The notes under the pieces are model-generated. The model was given only the letters and a program-made list of their open reading frames with translations, ran no database searches and was not told the origin of the DNA. Positions 14,401 to 23,400 of a DNA stretch of 64,000 nucleotides are shown here, one piece after another. The translations under genes were made by a program, and so were the position numbers. Source of the DNA: Hormiphora californensis (lineage: Eukaryota > Animalia > Ctenophora); assembly GCA_020137815.1 (NCBI GenBank), contig CM035359.1, positions 7,502,001 to 7,566,000 of the forward strand, read 5' to 3'. Within the stretch, counting starts at the first letter, position 1; each line of letters opens with the position of its first letter.

Positions 14401-17400
14401 TACTCACGAGAGATTAAACGTTTCATTTCCTCTTAGTCGTTTTTACTGGGGCAATTTCTAAAGTCTGCTCCCAGTGTTCCTCAACATGGACAATAACTTT
14501 GCGACGATGTCTGATCCAGAAACAATAACATCTTCGGGAAGCGACTTTGCTCGGTATGCTCTCGAACCCCTAACCATAACGATGTGCGTCCTGGGGCTGA
14601 TAAGTAACCTACTTCTGGTGGTGACGATCTTTGCCCGATTTCGCCAGTGGACTGACCTCCCTATCACCTCGACCCTCTATCTACACATCTGTGCTGTGAA
14701 CATCATGGTGTGTATCAGTATCCCCTTCCTCATTCCCTTTTGGAATAGTAGTAGTAGTAGTAGTACTATGTCATTCTTTGTCATAATCCTAGATGCCTTG
14801 GCTATTGCTCGGCCTACACTATTACTATCCATTTACGTCTTTAGACTTCTGTGCATCGTCCGTCCCTCACCTATTTTCAACAGAGATGAAGTCCAACGTC
14901 ACCGGCTGAAAACCCTAATCCGGTGTATTTGGATTGGAGCCTTGGTTATTTCTGTCACCGTGCGGGTATGCGACATCAAAATATTTATCGGAGTAAAAGT
15001 TGACTACGCGATACTTTTTATTGGGATTTTAGGGATCTTCTTACAGGCTATGATTATCGTGGTCTCTGTTGCCATGGTGGCATATCTGAGTGTTTTGTAC
15101 CGACGGTTTAGCTACAACCATTCTGAGGTCACTCCCCTTCTTGATGGTGGCAACGCTGCCCTACTTGAAAACATCGCCCTAACTATTCGAATAGTCTGCT
15201 CCACACTCCTTGTCGATATCTTCTGCTTCTCCTTCGCTATGGTGATGAATGTTGAAATTGTCATCTGGACGTTTAACACGGACGTACGCCCGGCTATCTA
15301 CCTTCGCCTCTATCACTGGCTGGGAAGTCAACAACAAATGATGGACTTGTTCCTCATGCTCCCAAGTACAATCTATGCCGCACTGATTACTTGGGTACTG
15401 ATACTGGTACAAGCCAGTATGAGGCAGGCTCTGTGGGGCGTAGTGAAACGTGTGGCAAGGAGGTTCTGTGGTAGAGACAATGAGGAGTAGGATCAATGAA
15501 CAAATATTGGCAAATTGTAGCCTGTAACGAGAATTTGGTGGACATACAGTTTGAAATACCAGTACAATTAACTGAAAACGAGACAATATGTATCTATATT
15601 AGAATTACCGCGAAGTTCCTCTGTTTTGTTCATAAGATGATATAATAAGCCATTAGATGATGGTACGTTAAAATGTTTGAAGAAATCTTTACATTTTACA
15701 TTTGTCCCGTGATGATTTTGTTGATTCATTGAAAAACCAGACTGTTAACTTTGCGTGTTCCAACCAGCAACAATTCGAAAAAAAAGTTCACAATCATCTT
15801 CAGAAGATCTAAATGCTTACTCTAGAGGATATATAGAGTATACTATTATAGTATATAGTATAGACTATATGGGGCAGGCGTTTATTCCCAGGGAAGATCT
15901 ATAATTCCATCTCCCCCTCCCAAGGAAGATCTATAATTCCATCTCCTGGGGAAGATCTATAATTCCATCTCCCCCTCTCAGGGAAGGTCTATAATTCCAT
16001 CTCCCCCTCTCAGGGAAGATCTATAACTCCATCTCCCCCTCCCAGGGAAGATCTATAATTCCATCACCCCCTCCCAGGAAAGATCTATAATTCCATCTCC
16101 CCCTCCCAGGGAAGATCTATAACTCCATCTCCCCCTCCCAGGGAAGATCTATAATTCCATCACCCCCTCCCAGGGAAGATCTATAATTCCATCTCCCCCT
16201 CCCAGGGAAGATCTATGATTCCATCTTCCCCTCCCAGGGACCCCTGACGATAGCACTACACTACAGCAAGTGGGCAAAATGGGGATATCTAGCAAACATT
16301 TGCATCGTCAGCTTCTGTGCTGGAATCTTCACGTGTATAGCACCCGCCTGTATAGAGCTGTTCGGTAAGTTTTGTTTTATTTTATCTAACTATATCTAAT
16401 GCAAATTTGCACGGAAATGTGACACCCTATCGTCAATGTGACGACGTGATCCGTCAGCGTGACGACATGATCCGTCAGTGTGACGACGTGATTCGTAGGT
16501 ATCACGTATCACACGTGTTGAGAACTGCTTGCGACTTGAGGGGTCACATCACATGTATAAAAGGGAGAGAAAGAGAGAAAAAGAGAGGAATCACATAGCA
16601 TATAGCAGACAGGCAGAGAGAAAAACAGACCCCTCGATTTGCGATCGGTACGATCGCCACAGTTTTGCTAGTTTTATAAATGCGTATATAACACGAGGTA
16701 GACAGAGACAAAGAGAGAGAGAGAGAGACAGAGATGGAGAGAATGCTAACAGCATTGCCTAATACTACGATTCATTCAAAGCTGATCAGCATCAGTAACA
16801 ACCCCTCCCTCCCCCCGCTCTCTCTCTCTCTCTCCCTCTCTCTCCCAGTTAGCAGAGACATCTCACTAACAACCCCTCCCTCCCAGGTAGTAGAGACATC
16901 TCCCTAACAACCCCTCCCTCTCCCAGGTAGCAGAGACATCTCCCTAACAACCCCTCCCTCTCCCAGGTAGCAGAGACACTCCCTAACAACCCCTCCCTCT
17001 CCCAGGTAGCAGAGACATCTCCCTAACAACCCCTCCCTCTCCCAGGTAGTAGAGACATCTCCCTAACAACCCCTCCCTCTCCCAGGTAGCAGAGACATCT
17101 CCCTAACAACCCCTCCCTCTCCCAGGTAGCAGAGACATCTCCCTAACAACCCCTCCCTCTCCCAGGTAGCAGAGACATCTCCCTAACAACCCCTCCCTCC
17201 CAGGTAGCAGAGACATCTCCCTAACAACCCCTCCCTCCCAGGTAGCAGAGACATCTCACTAACAACCCCTCCCTCTCCCAGGTAGTAGAGACATCTCCCT
17301 AACAACCCCTCCCTCTCCCAGGTAGTAGAGACATCTCCCTAACAACCCCTCCCTCCCAGGTAGCAGAGACATCTCCCTAACAACCCCTCCCTCCCAGGTA

Positions 17401-19084
17401 GCAGAGACATCTCCCTAACAACCCCTCCCTCCCAGGTAGCAGAGACATCTCACTAACAACCCCTCCCTCTCCCAGGTAGCAGAGACATCTCACTAACAAC
17501 CCCTCCCTCTCCCAGGTAGCAGAGACATCTCACTAACAACCCCTCCCTCCTAGGTAGCAGAGACATCGGCAGGTGAGTAGAACTTCGCTCCTAATAAAAG
17601 GCTGCAATAAAAGGCTGCAATAAAAGGCTGCAGAAAAAGGCTGCAGAAAAAGGCTGCAGTAAAAGGCTGCAATAAAAGGCTGCAGAAAAAGGCTGCAATA
17701 AAAGGCTGCAATAAAAGGCTATCCCACCGCTATGTATTTTCCATTAGTCTTTCCGTATCGATCCACAATTCAGTAGAGGTAGTCAGTAACTACTGAGAGT
17801 GTTGGTCTAATGAGGTAGAAAACGGCCGAAATCTCGAGTTCGCTTTTCGTGATTTTAGCACTAGAGTCCGCTTACCGATATATTGATTGAGCGTGTAGCA
17901 CAATGAGTGCTACACGCACTCACAATACGACAGGTGAACCACCCAACCACTTGGTTCACCTATCATAGTGTCTACCTCATTATACCTACACTCTCAGTAG
18001 TTACTGACTACCTCTACTGAATCGTGGATCGATACGGCCGGAAAGACTAATGGAGAATACATAGCGGTGGGATAGCGGTAGAGAATCACGTATCGGGACC
18101 GATGAGGTCTCATTGTCAATTGGTAACCGCTTTTCATTAGAGGATACCATGGTACGTGATACCATACCGTGATTCTGATTTTTCACTCTCTCAGTTCTCA
18201 CTCGTACTCGCTCTCTATCTCGGTCTCACTATCGCCTATGGTCTAGTTGGATACGTGACACGAATCACTATAATTAGGGGAGGGTGATTCGGTCTCTTTA
18301 CAGCCGATACGCGATACGAAACACTATTAGGGGAGGACGATTCGGTCTATCCCACGCTTTAGTCTGGTTGGATACGTGATCCCTTGCAGCCTTTTATTGC
18401 AGCCTTTTATTGCAGCCTTTTTCTGCAGCCTTTTATTGCAGCCTTTTACTGCAGCCTTTTTCTGCAGCCTTTTTCTGCAGCCTTTTTCTGCAGCCTTTTT
18501 CTGCAGCCTTTTATTGCAGCCTTTTATTGCAGCCTTTTATTAGGAGCGAAGTTCTACTCACCTGCCGAGACATCTCACTAACAACCCCTCCCTCTCCCAG
18601 GTAGCAGAGACATCTCCCTAACAACCCCTCCCTCCCAGGTAGCAGAGACATCTCACTAACAACCCCTCCCTCTCCCAGGTAGCAGAGACATCTCCCTAAC
18701 AACCCCTCCCTCCCAGGTAGCAGAGACATCTCCCTAACAACCCCTCCCTCCCAGGTAGCAGAGACATCTCACTAACAACCCCTCCCTCTCCCAGGTAGCA
18801 GAGACATCTCCCTAACAACCCCTCCCTCCCAGGTAGCAGAGACATCTCCCTAACAACCCCTCCCTCCCAGGTAGCAGAGACATCTCCCTAACAACCCCTC
18901 CCTCCCAGGTAGCAGAGACATCTCACTAAAGTACGCACTGACCCTCTCTGCGGAGAGTTTTGGGTGTGTGATGTTCTTCCTCCTTCAGCTAGGACAGGAG
19001 TACCTATTTGATGAGTTGGTGTTCCTGATCCTGATGGGGGCACCATCCCTCCTAGCTGCTCTTCTAGCTGTCCTCTGCTTCTAG
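8407..19084 (+). CDS. MFS transporter, oxalate:formate antiporter/MCT-like, 440 aa; exons 8407-8507, 8944-9062, 9176-9259, 9414-9502, 10039-10169, 12365-12486, 12747-12843, 13344-13437, 13573-13755, 16238-16364, 18909-19084
   Basis: Exons sum to 1323 nt, all in phase with GT-AG. Motifs YNWWVL, SYGALLPYLSS, EWNPRKSGAANG...INPDN, LFRTPKFYVLY, ANAFGRITWGLILDRIG, PACIELFG are typical of eukaryotic OFA-family MFS proteins. Confidence 0.9.
9935..10040 (+). repeat. 3 copies of a 34-nt unit containing CTAAC and TTTCCAG|GT (acceptor of exon 10039)
   Basis: GGTTCCAATACTAACTGCACTGTGTxTATTTCCA repeated. Confidence 0.85.
10177..10437. repeat. 12-nt minisatellite (AATTAGTTGGGT)n
   Basis: Direct reading, just downstream of donor 10169. 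Confidence 0.9.
10440..12088 (+). repeat. GPCR cassette copy 1 (~1.65 kb), paralogous to 13896-15874
   Basis: Shared start TAAAAATC(W)TC(W)TCTTCTTCGAGTGTC and shared end TACTCTA...TAGAGTA...TATATGGGG; flanks near-identical between copies. Confidence 0.9.
10714..11712 (+). CDS. Single-exon divergent class A (rhodopsin-like) 7TM receptor nested in MFS intron 10170-12364
   Basis: Seven hydrophobic segments; TM1 GLISN, TM3 end SIYVFRLLCIVRP (in register with SxDRYxAIxxP), TM4 W. ATG at 10714 (the track starts at an upstream GTG). Confidence 0.82.
   Translation: MDNNFATMSDPETVTSSGSDFARYALKPLTITMCVLGLISNLLLVVTIFARCRRWTDLPITSTLYLHICAVNIIGCLDIPFLIPFWHVGGLVNSFFVMIINVLANARPALLLSIYVFRLLCIVRPSPIFNRDEVQRRRLKTLIWCIWIGALVVSVIGLVCYLKNFCGVKVDYASVFVGILAIFLQTMIILVSVAMVAYLSVLYRRFSYNHSEVTPLLDGGNAALLENIALTLRIVCSTLLVDLFCFSFTMVMNVETVIWSLNPDVPLAFYRRLYHWLGSRPLLMHLFFTLPDAIYATLVSWVLILVQGSMRQALWGVVKRVARRFCGRNNEE
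12189..12329. mobile_element. 141-bp near-perfect hairpin element, CCCTAC...GTAGGG, CpG-rich
   Basis: CCCTACTAAAATATAGTTCGACGCGACGCGACGCGCGATCGATGAACGATCGAT is mirrored at the right end; CA on both sides; lies between two 58-bp direct repeats. Confidence 0.85.
12850..13208. repeat. ~34-37 nt minisatellite (TAGTTTAGTAGTTACTATTACCTAGCAGATACTATCA), ~10 copies
   Basis: Direct reading, downstream of donor 12843. Confidence 0.9.
13896..15874 (+). repeat. GPCR cassette copy 2 (~1.98 kb), with an extra ~315-bp segment at ~13990-14307
   Basis: Colinear with 10440-12088 except for the extra upstream segment. Confidence 0.9.
14486..15490 (+). CDS. Single-exon divergent class A-like 7TM receptor, paralogue of 10714-11712, nested in MFS intron 13756-16237
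   Basis: Same motifs as copy 1; intact ORF; ATG at 14486. Confidence 0.82.
   Translation: MDNNFATMSDPETITSSGSDFARYALEPLTITMCVLGLISNLLLVVTIFARFRQWTDLPITSTLYLHICAVNIMVCISIPFLIPFWNSSSSSSTMSFFVIILDALAIARPTLLLSIYVFRLLCIVRPSPIFNRDEVQRHRLKTLIRCIWIGALVISVTVRVCDIKIFIGVKVDYAILFIGILGIFLQAMIIVVSVAMVAYLSVLYRRFSYNHSEVTPLLDGGNAALLENIALTIRIVCSTLLVDIFCFSFAMVMNVEIVIWTFNTDVRPAIYLRLYHWLGSQQQMMDLFLMLPSTIYAALITWVLILVQASMRQALWGVVKRVARRFCGRDNEE
15886..16240 (+). repeat. ~11 copies of a 32-nt unit containing the acceptor of exon 16238
   Basis: Unit GGAAGATCTATAATTCCATCTCCCCCTCCCAG; the last CAG (16237) opens the exon GPLTIALHY. Confidence 0.9.
16795..18929 (+). repeat. ~27 copies of a 38/40-nt unit comprising branch point, pyrimidine tract, AG and the first ~21 nt of the last MFS exon; interrupted by a transposon
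   Basis: Unit GTAGCAGAGACATCTCMCTAACAACCCCTCCCTC(TC)CCAG; 18 copies left and 9 right of the insertion. Confidence 0.92.
17568..18566. mobile_element. 999-bp non-autonomous DNA transposon, GGCAGGT termini, 8-bp TSD (Merlin-like)
   Basis: TIR GGCAGGTGAGTAGAACTTCGCTCCT plus (AAAAGGCTGCAAT)n arrays in inverted orientation; TSD GAGACATC at 17560-17567 and 18567-18574. Confidence 0.88.
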
Positions 19085-20498
19085 AGAGAGAGAGACAATC
19101 GCGGCTCCATCACCATCATCATCTTCATCCTTCCAGCACAATACATTATCACCCCCCCGTCATATACCAACATCATTTAGAGACAAGCAAATATACACAT
19201 GTGTGTGTGTTTTGAATAGTGTTTTCACCACACACATCACATCACCAACCCACGACCGTTATTCTACATTGTGATTGTTGACCATCATCAACTAGTATTT
19301 TGTAAAAACTAGACAATACAATTAGTTAGCCATGGCTCTTCCTCCCCACACGGACCAGTGAAACTCAAGTTTGTTGAACATTTTATGTGTAGTTATGTGT
19401 CGCAATGTTTAGTTGTTGACGGGTTTACTTGTTGCAAATTGTTGAACAACTTTTCAAATGTAGTACCCGAGCACCTGAACATCCGGTTATAACCGGTCAT
19501 TATGTGACACCATACACATCCTTTCCTTTTCTTTAATCATAGTGTGTTGAAAGAGTTAACACTACTTATAGCACAATACTTATATCATTGAAAAATATGT
19601 GGTAATATTGATTATTGGTGTGTGTATATCTAACTGTACCAATTTGTTTATGTGTTAGCTGCTGTAAAATGATCTATGTAACACCTGCGATTTAGTACGT
19701 GAAAAGATCAATTATAGAGCCAAACGAACGTGTTAAATTGTGTAATTACTTATTTTTGTAATGAGTTTTTACATTTTTCAGATAGGATATATGTTTTATG
19801 GGATATATATGTTTTGTATGATTTTGTGTGTTACAATGTGTTAGGTGCCGGGAGGTATTAGGTATAGAAATTAGAATGCAGTGAAAAAGGTCCACAACCC
19901 AGAGTCCCCATGCTATGCAACAGGGTAGTTGCTATGGAAACCCTGAATCAACAATATTCAATCGTTTCAACCCCCCCAATTAACTCCATCGTTTTAATTT
20001 TAATAATTAATCATCTTTATAATTATGGGCGCCACTGGCTGGCGAAATGTGCAATATGAGATCGGAGAAAATTTTCAATTTCCGAAACAATTTTAATTGC
20101 CTCCCGGTACAGCATGAAACATATTGATTTTGTGTGCCCCGCCCCCTAATGTTTTGGGTTGATGCATTAGCCCCATTATTAGGATCACACCTGACTTGTT
20201 GTCAGCAGCTGGTGTGTGTGATTCTACACATGGCTGTTTTCCTGTTTTTGTTTGCTGTATAACGATTAACGGTTTTCATGTTACAAAACTAATGAAACGT
20301 GTGTAATACAGATTCAATATAAACCTTGATCCAAACTGATCATTGATCCTATGCTTCAAGCATCATAAGTCATATTGTTTCTATCCCTGTTTCTCTCGCT
20401 ACACAGTCTGGTCTACTATCAGATTGTCCCTCCTCAATCTCTCTCCAGATGGGACTCTCTCTCTCTCTCCAGCCTCTATATATCATGGTAGATGGGGT

Positions 20499-23400
20499 CT
20501 ACCGTTTGAAAATGCTCTTCTTCTTTCTTCCACCTGCCCTAGAGTTTTGTCTCGAACTCCGGCTAACCTGCAACACGAGGGTGTACGTTACATTATGAGG
20601 GAGGGGTTTACATTATGAGATGGGGGGTTACATTATGAGGGAGGGGAGGGTGTTACCAGTTACACAACACGAGGGCGGGGTGTTAAATCAGGATTAAAAG
20701 AATCACACCCGCAGTACCAATACCTCCTGTACCAATACCTCCAGTACCGAATAGGTACTGGACGTATTGGTACAGAGGGCAGAAAGGAGGGGTCAAATGC
20801 CCTGTGTACCAACGATAGGTTAATGAGATCTCGTTGGTACACAGGGCATTTGACCCCCCTATTTCACCCTCTGTACCAACGAGTACCTACATACCAACCG
20901 TACCAATATTACATTCATGGTGAATATTGGCAGACACTGACTGTACACCGGGCAACCTCGGTGCACATATAAGACCGTCCTCTTCGCACCGGCCTCACGT
21001 AGCCGCCAGGTGCGAAGAGGACGGACTTATATGAGACAACTAGGTGAATAGTATGTAAAAATACTGTATAATTGGAAATGTATTTAGCCGAATGGTAGTT
21101 GCATAGATCTCGAACTTGGGTTAACTCATTGCAATATAATTGCTATTAACCAGCTCGACTCCAAAGCTAATTAACTGTATAAAATTGGACTAGACGCGAT
21201 CCGGTATCATTGTGATAATATGTGAAATTATGTTGGAACCAGTATCATTGAACCGCCTTCCCAGTTTGCTTATTATGATAGCCTAAGTAAGCGTTACAGT
21301 CAATCCTAGCCCTACTTTTGACGTTGCATCGATTTTGGAGTTAGATGCTGAATCACCTTCAGTGCCGATTTCAGATGATTATTCTGCTACTTCTGCCGCT
21401 AACGAACATCGTAAGTGCATTTACTTTCTTATCACTCCAATTTGAATCCACCCTCCCCCCATAGCATACGCCCTTAGCTTCGGTTAGTTGGACTTGGTGT
21501 TAGCGTACAGCTCCTCGGGTTGCAGTGTGTAACTCCAATTAGCAATACGAGATGGCCGATTGGGGCTTGGTCTTCGTGTAATAGCAAAGGCGCTCTCACT
21601 TTATGTGGCACAGTTAGCTACTGGAGTTACCTACAGTTGAATTAAACAACTTCATCTTTCAGTCGAAGAAGTACTTCCGCAAGACGATACTGTTAATGTC
21701 GTTCTTGGAAATAGCGGTGGGAAGCAATTAGCCGTTGGGGGACAACTTTTTGTGAGAGACGGGAAACCAAGAGCACTAAAGTCAGGAGCGTTAGTGGTAT
21801 ACTGGTACTGCAACAAAAAACGGACCCAAGGCTGCAAGGCTCGTTTGAGGACAACAGAACACTACGAAACGGAGGAGAGGAGCTCATTTCTTACTCCTAT
21901 CCTATCACACCTACATCCATGACATGGTTCCAACATAATTTCACATATCACAATGATACCGGATCGGTTTGGAGTCGAGCTGGCAATGAGTTAACCCAAG
22001 TTCGAGATCTATGCAATTACCATTCAGCTAAATACATTTCCAATTAAACAGTATTTTTACATACTATTCACCATGAATGTCATATTGGTACGGTTGGTAT
22101 GTACTCGTTGGTACAGAGGGTGAAATAGGGGGGTCAAATGCCCTGTGTACCAACGAGATCTCATTAACCTATCGTTGGTACACAGGGCATTTGACCCCTC
22201 CTTTCTGCCCTCTGTACCAATACGTCCAGTACCTATTCGGTACTGGAGGTATTGGTACAGGAGGTATTGGTACTGCGGGTGGGTACCGATTAAAATGAGA
22301 GAGTGTCTGAATGGGGCCCTTTGCACCAGGATACAAAACAATTAAAGCTGATCTGAAATAGTATGAGTGTACTACTATACCTGAGATCTCTCCTCAATAT
22401 CGAAATCCCATGGATCCTCCTCAATGACCTCCTCTGGGGGTGGTGGTGGGGGAGGTTGGACGGGTGGGGAGGGAGCTTGAACCAGAATCTCTTCACTGCT
22501 ATCCTCACTACTGCTGCTCACTGCACTGCTGCTGTCAGATGCAGAGGAAGAGGAGGATTTAGCTTGTTTCCTAACTTTGTTTCCCCGGAATACAGCCTGA
22601 ATCTTTGTAGCCGCTGCGTCTTGTTCTGACAGGGAGAAAGAGGGTTAGCAGATCTAATTGTGGGATTGATTAGTATAGAGATAATTACAAAGTTAAGGGG
22701 AAGACTACTCCCGTTGTCATGTTGCAACAGGTCTGTATTTATATTCTAATCTGAACGATATTGCCTCCCCCATTATATCTCCAGCTACCTCTGTGTGTAG
22801 GAAGGGGCGCTACCTCCACAGGGAATCCCTCGGCCCTTGTCAGCGCCTCTCTCACATGATCTAGACTGTCGTGACGGGGCCGTGGGATTCCTCCACTTGC
22901 AGCCCGCTCCCTCGCTGATAACTCTAAATACAGAGTTGTGTTTTTAGAGCGACAACTTCACTAAAGTTGTCAGATGCAGACAAGATCCTGATTGTCAATT
23001 GTGGCCAAACCTCTGTCACACTTTCCCTCTAAAGTATTTAGTATTTTCCGTCGCGCGCGGTGTCACGCCCTAGACATATCCCGCGCAGATCGGCCCTCAG
23101 GGGAGGTGTTAACCACGTGCAGATGGCGCCAGAAGTTTGGAGGTAATGTTTTCTGTCTCCGCGCGTTCCAGACAATGTCCCACAAAGACTGCGACAGATG
23201 TTTTGCCAACAAAGATTGATCATACTTGACAAAACCGGTTCTAATGACTGGTCTAGAAAACTTACGACGTTTCTGTAGGTTAGCAGACTCCTGGGGAATC
23301 TCCGCGAAACTGGGTTTGATATGGTGATGTTCTAACTCGTGCTCCAGAGACGACAATCTCTCCCTAGTTTAGAGATATTGGGTTGTCACTTGTCAGTAAA

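Noticed and set aside
16795-18929. Regular repeat arrays (also 12850-13208, 15886-16240, 24201-24556) as CRISPR arrays
   Set aside because: Head-to-tail units with no unique spacers, no cas genes, and a spliceosomal-intron context.
23063-23356. 97-aa ORF as a separate nested gene
   Set aside because: Its first part is an in-phase host exon (~23364-23268, donor C|GTAAGT); the rest is intron read-through, at most an alternative terminal exon.
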